Below are positions 24,188 to 35,565 of a stretch of 64,000 nucleotides of DNA, in pieces. The translations under genes were made by a program, and so were the position numbers. Source of the stretch: a virus. The stretch covers positions 32,001 to 96,000 of IMG/VR virus record IMGVR_UViG_3300012685_000001. One strand, 5' to 3'. The notes beneath the pieces were generated by a model. The model had not been told where the DNA came from. It was given only the letters and a program-made list of their open reading frames with translations, and made no database searches. The stretch's first letter is position 1. The number at the start of each line of letters is the position of its first letter.

Positions 24188-24275
24188 GTCCCGAAGCTTG
24201 ATGCCATTCTTGACATGATCTCTGCAAACCTTGATCTCTTTACCGTTATGGTACAAGATTACCGCAACTGGAGTC

Positions 24276-24515
24276 TTATTGCAACGGGTCATCCAACAGC
24301 GGTTCTGTATTCCCGTCATCTGTTTTCTCCACGACTAGTTCTATCACATCATTACTCATTACCGCAACTGTGATATATCCAGGTTCCGATGTTGTATCCA
24401 ACACTAATCTAGTGGGAAGCATATTGTCAAGCAGATCTTGAGAAATTGTCCAGGAGCCCCCGAAGTTATGGACAGCCAGAGCTAAGAACCTAGCAAGGTC
24501 TTGTTCAAGAGTCAA
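24276..24515 (-). CDS. Hypothetical protein
   Basis: ORF track; overlapping operon. Confidence 0.5.
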   Translation of the reverse strand: MTLEQDLARFLALAVHNFGGSWTISQDLLDNMLPTRLVLDTTSEPGYITVAVMSNDVIELVVEKTDDGNTEPLLDDPLQ

Positions 24516-24744
24516 GATGTTCTCTATTCTTCAGATCATTGAGAAGAGAAATCTTTTCATCAGTAATTCTTTTAATAGTATCTTTCAGATAAGTTACTGA
24601 CTCTTCCAGATCAGAAACATATTCTTGAGCACCAGAAGAAGCCAGAGAAACTAGCTTATCCAGTACTCTTCTGTCTTGTTCTGTTTCTGAATCAAGAATC
24701 TCTGTTAGAGAGAAATAAATAGAATCATATAGTTCTTGATTCAT
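24505..24744 (-). CDS. Hypothetical coiled-coil protein
   Basis: ORF track; GGAGG SD. Confidence 0.6.
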   Translation of the reverse strand: MNQELYDSIYFSLTEILDSETEQDRRVLDKLVSLASSGAQEYVSDLEESVTYLKDTIKRITDEKISLLNDLKNREHLDS

Positions 24745-24937
24745 AAGAATCAGCCTCCTCTATTCTTTTTTCCATTTCTCTCTGATTATTAAGATTGTCA
24801 ACCAAAGATTCAAGAACCTTACGAATATAGACTGTAATCCCTAATTCTTGGTAATCAGCTTGTTCCTTCAATATTTCTAATGTTTCCTTCTTTAATCTTA
24901 AGCTTCTGGAAACCATAGCCTTACTATCTTTGGTCAT
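24725..24937 (-). CDS. Ribbon-helix-helix DNA-binding protein
   Basis: 'SRSLRLKKETLEILKEQADYQELGITVYIRKVLE' CopG-like pattern. Confidence 0.65.
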   Translation of the reverse strand: MTKDSKAMVSRSLRLKKETLEILKEQADYQELGITVYIRKVLESLVDNLNNQREMEKRIEEADSYESRTI

Positions 24938-25175
24938 ATATTCTTCTTCCCTATATTCTTGGTATCTCTTCTTTATAGAGAGTAAGTATACAGGTTGTAG
25001 TACATATGTCAATCTCTGGTTGGATCTTCATATTCAAGCTTGGGAGTGAAACGACCAAGCTATATGGTTGACAACCACTGTTTTTAGAGATAGATATAAA
25101 GACTCTTAAGTACTTAACTGCTTTTCGATCGGTAGTGCTTCGATCATACACTACGGTTCCAAAGAATTCAACCTG

Positions 25176-25204
25176 TTGTGGTTCATACCTGAAACTGGTA
25201 GAGT
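25176..25204 (+). promoter_or_regulatory. Rightward promoter
   Basis: TTGTGG-17-TAGAGT at the strand switch. Confidence 0.55.
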
Positions 25205-25425
25205 ATTTCCTATGGGGAAACTGGTGGGGGTACTACTAGTACAGAGGTTTTAATATGAAGTTCAAAGATATGGACATTGGTAAAGAAGGTCCCTGCATGG
25301 TACCTGGCCACAAGAAAAGTCATGTACTGACTCTGGCTTGCTGGTCAGAAATGCGCAGATTCCTTTTCGACCATAGTTTTCAGGATTTTCTGGAAAAAGT
25401 AGAGAACAAGTAGAAAGAGAAAATT

Positions 25426-25833
25426 ATGGGACATGCTGTACAGAGTTCCTACTACTCTAAACCTATAACACGGATTCACGCTGATTTCAACGGTATCTGT
25501 GCTTTGTGCGGTGAGTATGTAGAACTTGAAGACGCGTCCCGTGACCATATTATCCCCCGTTCAGCAGGCGGGGGTAATGGTCCGGACAATATCCAATTGA
25601 CACATAAGCAATGCAACAACCTGAAGGGAGATCAGCTTTATCCATCTGACTGGCAGGAACAACTTAGTCGCAATATTCCTATTCCACGCGACTACCATTG
25701 CCAATATTGTTCCAATCCGATAGTCAAGTGGCATAAGTCACAAGGCTATACAACAAAGATTTTCCACAAGGGAAAGATCATATTCCTCCACACCTGGTGC
25801 AATGAAGGGAGATTGAAGTATGGACGCCTTTGA
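25426..25833 (+). CDS. HNH endonuclease
   Basis: CALC...DHIIPRSAGG.N...N...TH..CN..KG. Confidence 0.9.
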   Translation: MGHAVQSSYYSKPITRIHADFNGICALCGEYVELEDASRDHIIPRSAGGGNGPDNIQLTHKQCNNLKGDQLYPSDWQEQLSRNIPIPRDYHCQYCSNPIVKWHKSQGYTTKIFHKGKIIFLHTWCNEGRLKYGRL

Positions 25834-26248
25834 AGAATTCGACAGGTTCATGTCGGAAGATCCGGAAGACAGACGAATCATGGAGAATCACGGTTTCACC
25901 TATGAAGATGATTTCAGAGATTTAACGCTGCTTTGTAGGAACGGCTGCGGACTGACTTATCTCGAAGTGGTTCAGGACAAGATTGAGAAATGCCGAGGAA
26001 AGGATGACAATGAATAAACCAGCAATACTGCTGGACGAAGATGTTCCACAATGGAAAACTGATAGCACTGCATTCCTGATGCAATAAGGAGAGACTGAAG
26101 TATGGAAGACTCTAAAAAAGATAAGGTCCGCAAGGGGGACCATTACTGTTCCCGTTGTGATAAATTTCTTCGTATCTGGCAGACATGCAAGCATAATCCG
26201 ACAATACTGAAAAGAGACCGGATATGGTAATTTCGAAAAGTTGTCACA

Positions 26249-26890
26249 ATGTCTAGGCCTACTATTCTCCTAGACGTTGACGGGCCTCTGAATCCATGGA
26301 GTGCCCGTCATGGGCTTCCAGAGGGGTATACAGAGCATTTGATGCGTCCTAGGGGCTGGGAGACGGGTAAGCCTCTGAAAGTCCGTCTACGGGCTTCTGA
26401 CGGCTTCAAACTTCAGAAGCTGGATTGTGAACTGATATGGGCTACCGCGTGGGAAGAAGAAGCCAATAAATGGATCGGTAAAGAAATAGGTCTTCCGGAA
26501 CTTCCCCATATCGACTGGACAGACAAGAATCACTGGAATATTGAACGACTCCACTGGAAAACAAAGAGAATCGTCCAGTGGATGAACGAGAACAGACCAG
26601 GAATCCCGTTTATCTGGCTCGATGACGAAGTAACAAAGCGAGATCGTCTCTGGATTGCTGATTCTTGCGCAAAAGGAAGCACTATTTTGCTGATTAATCC
26701 AAAAACAGGGCTGGAAGACGAATATTTCGAAAGAATTAAGGCATGGAAGAACTATATGGTTCTAGAAAATCTTAGAAAAACTATAGAAACTATTCCGGAC
26801 GGGCGTAAAGAAGAGATTCGTAAGGATATAAGAACTTTTCACGATAAGCATGGGAGACCTGGCGATGAAGTTAACAGCAAGAACCCCTGA
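26249..26890 (+). CDS. HAD phosphatase, Swiss-Army-Knife RNA-repair type
   Basis: LLDVDGPLN, WATAWE, WKT, WLDDE, P..GL. Confidence 0.8.
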   Translation: MSRPTILLDVDGPLNPWSARHGLPEGYTEHLMRPRGWETGKPLKVRLRASDGFKLQKLDCELIWATAWEEEANKWIGKEIGLPELPHIDWTDKNHWNIERLHWKTKRIVQWMNENRPGIPFIWLDDEVTKRDRLWIADSCAKGSTILLINPKTGLEDEYFERIKAWKNYMVLENLRKTIETIPDGRKEEIRKDIRTFHDKHGRPGDEVNSKNP

Positions 26891-27632
26891 ACTGCTGGAA
26901 TATGCGTTCAAACTGTTCAAGATTCCCGCCCAGATCAGAGATCTACCCAAAAATAGTCTCTACAAGGTTCTTTTGGACTATGGAATTCAAGCAGATCCTG
27001 AGGTAATCGACGAATGGAAAGACAGTGCTTGCTAAGCGATTGATCGAAATTCTAAGTAAGTTCCCTGATTACAGGGTCCAGATAGAGACAGAGACACTTA
27101 TTACGGACATTGACAGAGTCGAAGTGGATTGTTTCGACAGAGATGACAGTTTTGTATTTGTTATTGTCCCCGATTTTGAGGCCTGATGAACAGGAACAGG
27201 GAAATAGAGTGAATTACGGGGAAGAATACGATCTTACTGTCTATATGGATGGTATAGATGTGAAAGATGTAGCTGCTGCGGCCAGAAGACTCGATGCTAC
27301 ATCTTTCTTCAGAAATCAGATGTCTCATGAAAAGTTCCAGAAGAGTATTCAGAGAACTGATGAAGAACTCTTCGCCGAAAGAGAGAAATTCCGTATTCAG
27401 GAAGAAAAAGAACGTAAAGAACTAGCAGTTCAGAAACTATTGGCAATCAGAGATTCCTGGGGGCAGTAAGTGGCTAAGCGTGAATGGGAACCAGTAGAAG
27501 AACTTCCGGACGGTAAGTGTATTGCTTACAACAACAGAACAAAGCGCTGGTACCTCTACAACAAGCGAAGCGTACTCATTACATCCAACAGAAAGAAGCA
27601 AGTACTACTGGACTGGAAAGAAGGAGAATAAC

Positions 27633-28196
27633 TTGAACATTTACTACGACTGCGAATTCCTGGAAGACGGAAATACTATCCGGTTAATCAGTATAGGAAT
27701 GATCAGGGAAGACGGTACGAAGTTATACAGAATTGTCGAAGACAACCAGTTGATGGTTGATGTATGGCATCACGACTGGCTGAGAGAAAATGTTGCACCT
27801 TCTCTTCCTGTATCCGCAGAATACGAGATGCACGACCTTGACGGTACGTACAAGCCTCTAGTAGTGTGGGAGACGGCACATCCGGACTACAAATATGTAG
27901 CACCAAGAGAGAAGATCAGAGAAGACATAAAGAGATTTGTACTCGATACACCAGATCCACATCTATGGGCTTACTATTCCGCATACGATCATGTAACTCT
28001 CTGCCAGTTGTTCGGCCGCATGATCGATCTTCCCACAGGCTTTCCCATGTACACCAATGATCTGAAGCAAGAAGTGGTAAGACTGGGTAATCCGCAGCTT
28101 CCCCAGCAGAAATCGGGGGAACACAATGCATTGGAGGACGCTTTGTGGAACAAGGAAGTAATGGAATATCTCCTGAGTTATCAGGACAAGTGGTAG
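27633..28196 (+). CDS. DEDDh 3'-5' exoribonuclease, Rv2179c/RNase AS-like
   Basis: YDCEF...ISIG...AYDHV..CQLFG.M...P...DLKQ...HNALEDA; TTG start with AAGGAG SD. Confidence 0.85.
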   Translation: MNIYYDCEFLEDGNTIRLISIGMIREDGTKLYRIVEDNQLMVDVWHHDWLRENVAPSLPVSAEYEMHDLDGTYKPLVVWETAHPDYKYVAPREKIREDIKRFVLDTPDPHLWAYYSAYDHVTLCQLFGRMIDLPTGFPMYTNDLKQEVVRLGNPQLPQQKSGEHNALEDALWNKEVMEYLLSYQDKW

Positions 28197-28822
28197 AGAC
28201 AACAGGAATAAAAATGAAGAATGTAAGACCCATAACCATACCGGACAAGTCAGTGAGAAAATGTCCCAAGTGTACTCTGAGAACTTCTCTTCTACGATGT
28301 CCCACCATTGCCTGCAAAGGCGTACAGACAATAATCGATGATGGTTCCATAGCGAAACGATAAGAGAAAATGTCCAGACCAGCAACAGATCCAAAGAATC
28401 CTGTCTACATATGCAGAAAATGCAAGGCTGAAAGCACCAACCCCAATAGATGTCCCAGACAGGAATGCCCAGGGGAAATGACCAGAGCAGAAGACTACAA
28501 GTAACGGAGGATTACAAGTAATGGGAAAAATGGGGGCAGTAACAGTAGTCTGTACCAACTGTGGATATCAGGCAGCAACTTCAAAACCGAAGAATGCTCT
28601 GAAGGACAAACCCTGTCCGATGTTCCGCTGTAACGGTACGATGAAAGACATGGAACAGTGACCATACAATATGATGACGACAGCCAGGACAAAGCTTCAG
28701 TGTATGTGAACGGCTATGCAATTTCCTACCACTATCCGAACTGGAAAGCTGTGAAGAAGGGAATAGTTCACTTCTATCATAAGAAGAAGGACAAAGTAAT
28801 CAAGTGGGCCGAGGCCAACTAG

Positions 28823-28868
28823 AAAAAAAGGACCCTAATCTCTTCTTTGAGAAAAGGGTCCTTTTTTA
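28823..28868. terminator. Bidirectional terminator
   Basis: A7-GGACCCT...AGGGTCC-T7 between convergent genes. Confidence 0.75.
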
Positions 28869-28883
28869 ACACCAAACTTTAAA

Positions 28884-29075
28884 TTACTTCTTGACAATAA
28901 TCACAGGATAAAATTTTGCGCCCTTCTTACGGACACCAGTACTCACATCATGACCAAGTCCTCTCAGTTTCATAAGCATACCGTTGTCCTTCTTACGAAA
29001 AGCCATAATCTCTTTCCATGCATCTTCTTCCCTAATATGACCAGGGCTGTCCAGCCAGGTAATTTCTTCAGTCAT
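28884..29075 (-). CDS. Hypothetical protein
   Basis: ORF track; ends at the terminator. Confidence 0.45.
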   Translation of the reverse strand: MTEEITWLDSPGHIREEDAWKEIMAFRKKDNGMLMKLRGLGHDVSTGVRKKGAKFYPVIIVKK

Positions 29076-29559
29076 TACTGGATACTAACAGATACCTATT
29101 AAAAAGTAAAGTACTTGATTCAATATAAATAGATACTGTACACAGAAAAGAATGCATATTCATAAATCAAACTAGGGCTGCCCCTTTCCTACACATATGT
29201 CCTTAAAGGTGGGGGTGTCCATATATATAGCCCTGATGTCCCTTGTGTGCTATCCATCCTGTATGTCCGAATTGGCCTTGATGAGCATGATAAGGTGTAT
29301 GTCCTATGCCTCCTGGTATGCCTATTATGCAATAGTTACAGAGAGTTTGTATCATATTAACTGCTATTGTCCTATATCACAATGTGTAATGGCTGATTAC
29401 TCTAAATCAACAGTGAATTGGATACATGTATTCAGGAATTGGGAATATGAATGGATTATGAATAGCCTGGTATAAGAGGGAATTCGATATCAGAGTAGTT
29501 GATATTGTATTGAGGGGCTCTATATGCCTGTGTAAGGGTATAAGAGCCCCTCAGTGTGC

Positions 29560-30033
29560 TTAGACCCCAGTGAGGTAGTCAAAGGCTCTTAGACAGGCAT
29601 ATGGGCTGTCTCTCAGGTAGCCTAAAGCTGTGTTGCACAGTCGGCAGAGCAGTCCTCTTACACACTTGCCACAGGATTGTTTATCAGCACAGCATGAATG
29701 ATCGTGGTCTATGTGCGGTGGGCTGTTCTTAGTGAACGGCTCATTACATATAGGGCATGCATAGTTACATGTATCCAGCATAAGCAGATAGTCATACCAG
29801 GTGAGGTTATACAGTGTGTTTAGTCTATGCGTCTTGGCTATGAATGACTGCTCCCGTTTCTCATTCTTTCCGCGCACCATTTTTGGGGGAGTAATAGGCA
29901 TTGGTATTGGAGTTGTTGATATATCCCGTGTACATCTGTATTCAGCATCCCTCTTTATGACGGTGACAATGCCATTACACGCTAAGCAATAGCCTTGCAT
30001 TGTTTTCTTTGAGTAATTACGTAGTATGTGCAT
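29560..30033 (-). CDS. Endonuclease VII-like (His-Me) nuclease
   Basis: Y.LT..DY...CPIC...IDHDHSCC...CGKCVRGLLC..CN.ALG. Confidence 0.88.
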   Translation of the reverse strand: MHILRNYSKKTMQGYCLACNGIVTVIKRDAEYRCTRDISTTPIPMPITPPKMVRGKNEKREQSFIAKTHRLNTLYNLTWYDYLLMLDTCNYACPICNEPFTKNSPPHIDHDHSCCADKQSCGKCVRGLLCRLCNTALGYLRDSPYACLRAFDYLTGV

Positions 30034-30440
30034 GGAGTTAACCTACCATCTGTCAAGAGCTATGACCAAACCTTTGTAATCTGATCCCCCATCATATGTC
30101 ACTCTCTGTAAAATCGCTCTCTAAGGGCCTGCCAGGAAGAGAGTGGAGTAAGGAGACCATGACTATGATCAAAAGCTGTTAGACGGGCCTCTATGGCTTT
30201 CTCTCTTATACTATCCAGTACTCTTGACATCCTTTGGACTATCTGCTTCCCCAAAATTTCCTTGCGAAATGGATCTTCCCTGGTGAGAGTGATGTGTCCT
30301 GGTGTGTCCATTATGGGTATACGTCTTGGTCTTGATTGGGCAAAGACTTGGTCACGATCATGAGTGTGATGGATGAAAAGGCCTGGTCATGGGGGAGAAT
30401 CCTCCCAACGCACACATGAGACACGACAGAGGAGCACATC

Positions 30441-31763
30441 ATGAGCACTGTCTACATCCTCAGCACGAACGGCATCGAGTCACAGCGCTTCACCTCTAAG
30501 GCGAAGGCGATCACGGAAGCTGAGATGATCAGCAAGGTTGCTGAGGAGCGCAATGTGGGTGATGTCATCACTGTCACTACTCAGAAGACGGGCAAGGTCG
30601 TCTACACCTACACGAATGAGATCGACTTCTCTCTTCCCGCGCCGACCATTGAGATCCAGGGTGAGTACGTGGAAGCGGAAGACGCTCATGGTCACATCGC
30701 GGAGCAGACGGCATGGATGACCCAGGAAGGTGTCTGTGTGGGCCTGTGTGCCGTTGGCACGGGTTGCATGCACTGTGATGAGCAGTACGGAGAGATCGAG
30801 CCTGAGACAGACGCTGAGAGCCTTTCAGAGGTAATCCAGCGCGTTGAGACTGTCTGTGTCATTCAGAACATTCCTGGCACCAATGGGAACATGCACTACC
30901 ACACTCCAGGATGCCGTGACATTCAGCGCGAGATGAAGCGTCATGGACAGCAGAAGGACGATGCCTTCGGGGGAAGGTTCAATTCCATTGCCGATATCCT
31001 CGCGCACGAATACGGGGACGTCTGCAATGACGATGCCTATGACATGGTGTGCGAGGCGAATTCGGAATGGTTCGGTGTTCGTGTCATGCCGTGCCTTTCC
31101 ATTTCTTTCGGTGAATTGAATTCCCGCCCGCTTTCTTTCGTGAATGGCATGTGGGTATTGGGAGACGCTCCTGAGACCCTTGTGGAGGATGACCAGACGT
31201 CCTATGAGGTTCCCTCCCACACCCGCTACCCGCACGGTCGTAAGGGCCCTGAGGACACCACTGCTGAGACTGAGGTGTTCGAGCCTGGCACGCGTGTGAT
31301 CAGCAAGGTCACAGGGGAGCGTGGAACAGTGGTCCAGCCCTACATGACTGGCGTGATCTACGGCATCGGTGAGCGTATGAGTGCCGTCACCCTGGAAATG
31401 GACAATGGCTCTCTCCAGTCGGCATTGATTGGGGATCTGATGCTGAATTTCGCTTGCAAGGGTGAGGACGGAAAGGCCGTTCACATTGCGCCCTGCACAG
31501 AGGCCACAGGTGAGGATGGTGCGTGCTGTGCCCTTGAGGATGACGGAACAGACCTTGACGTCACCATGATCGAGATGGAGTTCCACCTGAGTGTTGAGGT
31601 GGAGACGGGTGTCACTGTGGATCTCGGATGGCACACCTTCGATGTTCCTGCCACCTGGAACGGCGACTTGATCGCTGATCTCTATGGTGCTCGCCACGGT
31701 TCGGGCAATCCCAAGGATGGTTGGTCCTCCATCATCCAAGTCATTGACTTCGCTGCCCTCTAG
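30441..31763 (+). CDS. Acidic multidomain early protein
   Basis: AGGAG SD; GC-rich codon usage; H...C...RVMPC motif. Confidence 0.7.
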   Translation: MSTVYILSTNGIESQRFTSKAKAITEAEMISKVAEERNVGDVITVTTQKTGKVVYTYTNEIDFSLPAPTIEIQGEYVEAEDAHGHIAEQTAWMTQEGVCVGLCAVGTGCMHCDEQYGEIEPETDAESLSEVIQRVETVCVIQNIPGTNGNMHYHTPGCRDIQREMKRHGQQKDDAFGGRFNSIADILAHEYGDVCNDDAYDMVCEANSEWFGVRVMPCLSISFGELNSRPLSFVNGMWVLGDAPETLVEDDQTSYEVPSHTRYPHGRKGPEDTTAETEVFEPGTRVISKVTGERGTVVQPYMTGVIYGIGERMSAVTLEMDNGSLQSALIGDLMLNFACKGEDGKAVHIAPCTEATGEDGACCALEDDGTDLDVTMIEMEFHLSVEVETGVTVDLGWHTFDVPATWNGDLIADLYGARHGSGNPKDGWSSIIQVIDFAAL

Positions 31764-31865
31764 AAAGCCCTGTAGGGCACCTAGGACGCTCTTACAGACT
31801 CTAGGTGCCTCCCTGGTCCACTCCACCCGAACGATCTCGTTAGAACGCCACTGAGAGGTTTTCTC

Positions 31866-33254
31866 ATGAACATCACAACAGGCGCCCGACTTCATGGCTC
31901 AGTGCGTCACGTCATCGTCAACGCTCAGGTCACTGCCTGTGGGCGTGTGGTCATTGTGGGCATGGGTAAGGGGTTCAGGTTCTGCAAGACATGTGTGCGC
32001 GTCAACAGTGAGGCACGCAAACTCAATGACGCTGTCCGTAAAGCAGTACGTGAGGAGCGTATGCAGATGAGCACGGAACTTCCCGCTGAGGAATTCAGCA
32101 CCTGGGAATGGAGTCTTTCGGAAGAAGAGTGGACATTGACTCTTGAGAAGATTGACAAGATCAATCAGCGTTGTGCCAAGCGCGGTGTTCCTGGTGGACT
32201 CAACGTTGAATGGACCCGTGAAATCGAAGAGGTCAACAACTTCGGAGTCAAGATCGAAAAGATCAGCTATTTGACCAGGATCACAGGTGTTGCCCCCAAG
32301 CTTCCCGGCTGGTCATTCATTGCCACACTGGACTATGACCAGCATGCGGGCCTGATTGTCCGTGGCTATCCCGGAGCAACTCCTGTGGACCGTACAGAGC
32401 TTCGTGAAGGCTGGTGCGACCACTGCCAGACCAACCGCATGCGTACGGTCACCTATGTCATGCGCAATGACGAGACGGGTGAACAAGTCCAGGTCGGTTC
32501 TTCCTGCATAAAGGATTTCACAGGCTGGACTGCGCTCCCTTACATGAGTGCCGACAAGGATGTCTCTGAGTTTTCAGGTGGCTTTGGCGGCGCTCCCAAG
32601 GATGTCACTGTCCTGAGTGCTCTGGCCATCTCATGGGCATGTGTCACTGAATACGGATTCAAGCGGTCGAATGAGGCAGGCGCAACAAAGGGAATGGTCA
32701 TGGATGTCATCGACCCTCCCAAGCCTTCAAAGAACAATGCGGATTACCTCGCTGAATTGCAGCGCATTTCCAAGCACTCTGAGGAAATGTACATAAAGGC
32801 TGAGGAATTGCGGCAATTCATTCTCTCCGACAATTTCTCCGGCTACAGTGACTACGTCGTCAACATGAAAGCCATTGTGGACACAAAGAAGGTTTCATTC
32901 CGTAACCTGGGACTGCTGGCAAGTGCTCCTCAGGCTTGGGCACGATTCCTTGAGAAGACGTTCATTCAGAAGGTGGAGAAGCAGGAATCCCCCAGTAAGC
33001 ACGTGGGCAGCATCAAAGAGCGTATGACTCTCACACTCACCATTGAGTCCGTGACATTCATCTCTGGTGACTATGGAGTTTCCAGCCTTTACCGCATGAG
33101 CGACGCGGAAGGGAATGTATTCAAGTGGTTCTCATCAAATGGCATTCTCGATGAGATGATCAGCGAGACAGTCACCATCATTGGAACTGTCAAGGCTCAC
33201 GATGAATGGAAGGGTGTTCCTCAGACCTCCCTGACTCGCTGCAAGCTGGTCTAG
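31866..33254 (+). CDS. Conserved phage protein: zinc ribbon plus C-terminal OB-like fold
   Basis: CDHC...R...QVGSSC.KDF; C-terminal GTVKAH.E.KG..QT.L.RC; true start may be about 32061. Confidence 0.7.
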   Translation: MNITTGARLHGSVRHVIVNAQVTACGRVVIVGMGKGFRFCKTCVRVNSEARKLNDAVRKAVREERMQMSTELPAEEFSTWEWSLSEEEWTLTLEKIDKINQRCAKRGVPGGLNVEWTREIEEVNNFGVKIEKISYLTRITGVAPKLPGWSFIATLDYDQHAGLIVRGYPGATPVDRTELREGWCDHCQTNRMRTVTYVMRNDETGEQVQVGSSCIKDFTGWTALPYMSADKDVSEFSGGFGGAPKDVTVLSALAISWACVTEYGFKRSNEAGATKGMVMDVIDPPKPSKNNADYLAELQRISKHSEEMYIKAEELRQFILSDNFSGYSDYVVNMKAIVDTKKVSFRNLGLLASAPQAWARFLEKTFIQKVEKQESPSKHVGSIKERMTLTLTIESVTFISGDYGVSSLYRMSDAEGNVFKWFSSNGILDEMISETVTIIGTVKAHDEWKGVPQTSLTRCKLV

Positions 33255-33338
33255 AAAGCTCTAGAGGGTGCCTAGGAGTAGTCTTGGGCACCCTTTCCCC
33301 ACTGACCCTGAACGATCTCTTCAGAGAGGCACACAGCG

Positions 33339-33638
33339 ATGCAGCAAGCACTGTTCGAGCTAGAGCACGTCCATCAGTACGAGACATTCCACGGGCCTAT
33401 CAAGACTCAGAATGTGATCCAACTCATTACAGGCACTAAATGGTGCTGGACATGCATTTCATGGGTTAGGCCTGATCCTGAAGAAATGGCAGCACATTTG
33501 GCACGGAGAATTAAAGCGGGTGATGAATATCGCAGTAATGCAATAGTTATTTACTGTGCGCGATTCAAGACAACATTCCATGAAGCGCTATTGGCTATTG
33601 ATATCGCTATCGGAAATCTGAATGAAGGAGTCAAGTAA
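33339..33638 (+). CDS. Hypothetical protein
   Basis: ORF track; GAGG SD. Confidence 0.55.
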   Translation: MQQALFELEHVHQYETFHGPIKTQNVIQLITGTKWCWTCISWVRPDPEEMAAHLARRIKAGDEYRSNAIVIYCARFKTTFHEALLAIDIAIGNLNEGVK

Positions 33639-33768
33639 TGTGTTTTCCCCATAAATGGTCCAAGTGGACCAAGTTGTTTCCCTCACTGGGCAGTGGTTCT
33701 ATTTTCCAGACCAGGCGCTGTCTGAAGTGTGATCTCCGTGAGGAGAAGATAATTGTTCCCAAGAAGGG

Positions 33769-33797
33769 TTGACATAACCTCACGCATTTGATAGTGT
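33769..33797 (+). promoter_or_regulatory. Early promoter
   Basis: TTGACA-17-TAGTGT. Confidence 0.7.
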
Positions 33798-34152
33798 CCT
33801 GTACGTCGAAGCGCTACCGTAAATTCTTATACGGCTCTTGACCAGACATAGGTATATATGAAATTACCCTGTCTGGTCAAGAGCTTCGCTCTCTCCCTGA
33901 GACAGATAAGTAAACAGGTTTCTCCCATAAATACAAGAATATATCTGAATAGCTAAACCAGGTATATTCCTCCTTATGAATAAGAACAAATATCAATTGA
34001 GAAATAAAGGTAATTATGGATAAACCTAAAAGATGTAGATCTGTTCGCTTTGTCAGATGGATTCCTAAAAGATGTATGTATACCTCTGGCCATAAACATT
34101 TACATTATGGTTCTGGTGGTTTCTTCTGGAAAGTAATAATTAAGGAGATGTA

Positions 34153-34470
34153 ATGCTAGGTTTCATAGTCTTTCTCTTCCTTATTGGCACAGGATGCTGT
34201 ATATATGGACTTATTCGGGGGACAATTAGATTGAGGGTTGGAGAGAACAAAGCAAGGATAACTAATTTCTGGTCAATGCTTGGTTGGTCTTCTAACCTCA
34301 TAGGTTCTATACTTCAACATTCCTCATTCGCTTATGTAGCTGCCTTTTTCTTGGCAGGCAGTATCTACTTCTGGTGGAATTCAGGTGGTGGAGATGGTAT
34401 GAAGACCAAGATCAAGAACTTCGTACAAAAGATAACTCCTCAACCCCTTGTGCTGGCTAGAATCAGTTGA
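34153..34470 (+). CDS. Membrane protein
   Basis: AAGGAG SD; TM segments. Confidence 0.65.
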   Translation: MLGFIVFLFLIGTGCCIYGLIRGTIRLRVGENKARITNFWSMLGWSSNLIGSILQHSSFAYVAAFFLAGSIYFWWNSGGGDGMKTKIKNFVQKITPQPLVLARIS

Positions 34471-34688
34471 TAGATTCCTTCTAGGAGGTAAGACAATGTC
34501 ATCTATCAACTCTCTTGGTGAGACACCTGTACCTGTGATCCTGACAAGAGATCAGGTTCGTCTGATTCGTGGCATGATTGCCACAACTGCCATTCAGGGT
34601 GAATTGATTCCCTGTTTCCGGGAATTGAAGGACATTCTTGACCTGGCAGAAACTCAAGCCACCATTTCTCAGGTAAAAAGGTAGGACG

Positions 34689-34916
34689 ATGAAGATTGAG
34701 GTAGAAGACCTGGACAAGATCATCAGTGTCACAGGTGCTGAGGATTCTTCTGGACTCCGTATGGTTCTGGCAAGATATCTGATTAACATTTATGATCGTG
34801 GAATGGACGAAGGTCTTATGAATCGAGTTGATGATTCAAAGATTTCTGGAGAGTGCCCTTATGCTCAGTCTCATACTCGGGACTGGTGCGACTATTCAGG
34901 ATGCAGGGAGAGCTGA
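34689..34916 (+). CDS. Hypothetical protein, C-terminal C-H-C-C cluster
   Basis: ORF track. Confidence 0.55.
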   Translation: MKIEVEDLDKIISVTGAEDSSGLRMVLARYLINIYDRGMDEGLMNRVDDSKISGECPYAQSHTRDWCDYSGCRES

Positions 34917-35113
34917 GATGGCTGGCAGACCTAAGGACATCTGGCTTGCTCTGGTAGGACGTACAGGGCTTACAATGCTCCGTGAGGGCATGAGGATTCA
35001 GGTACGTCTCTCCCTTCCCAAATTTCCTGGCAGAGATGTACACATGAATCTGACTGTTGCAGAAGCCCGTAAATGGGCAGACGCACTGAATCATTACGCA
35101 GACAAGGTGGAGA

Positions 35114-35440
35114 ATGAGTATCGCGAATCCTGACCGTACTCAGGCAGAGATCTGTGTTGACTGCGGGGGAAATACAGCAATTGAATACGAGCGCCATATT
35201 TCCAGGTGTTTGGAATGTCCGGACGATCACGGTGAATGCGTCCATGAGGTCACAGAAGCCGTTCTAACGCCCTCTGAGCCATCGGAGGCACAGGAACCTA
35301 CCTACGACCTTACGGGGCTGTCAGAGAGGGATCTCCGTGCCCTCTTGAACATGCTGAACAATGTCTCTCCCTACGTAGGGCTGGACTACAAAGTACTTGG
35401 CAGGATTCAGGGACATGTGTACAACCTGATTCCTGACTAA
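35114..35440 (+). CDS. Hypothetical zinc-binding protein
   Basis: CVDC, CLEC. Confidence 0.55.
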   Translation: MSIANPDRTQAEICVDCGGNTAIEYERHISRCLECPDDHGECVHEVTEAVLTPSEPSEAQEPTYDLTGLSERDLRALLNMLNNVSPYVGLDYKVLGRIQGHVYNLIPD

Positions 35441-35495
35441 ATGATCAAGGGAGTCCCATGTCAGAGATGATGTGGGACTTTTCTTGTGTCTGGGG

Positions 35496-35524
35496 TTGCG
35501 CTCAGGGTTCAGGGTGTGTAGTGT
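35496..35524 (+). promoter_or_regulatory. Early promoter
   Basis: TTGCGC-17-TAGTGT. Confidence 0.6.
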
Positions 35525-35565
35525 TCTGGTTGTCAGCAAGGAACACCGCAGACAAAGAGGCAGAG

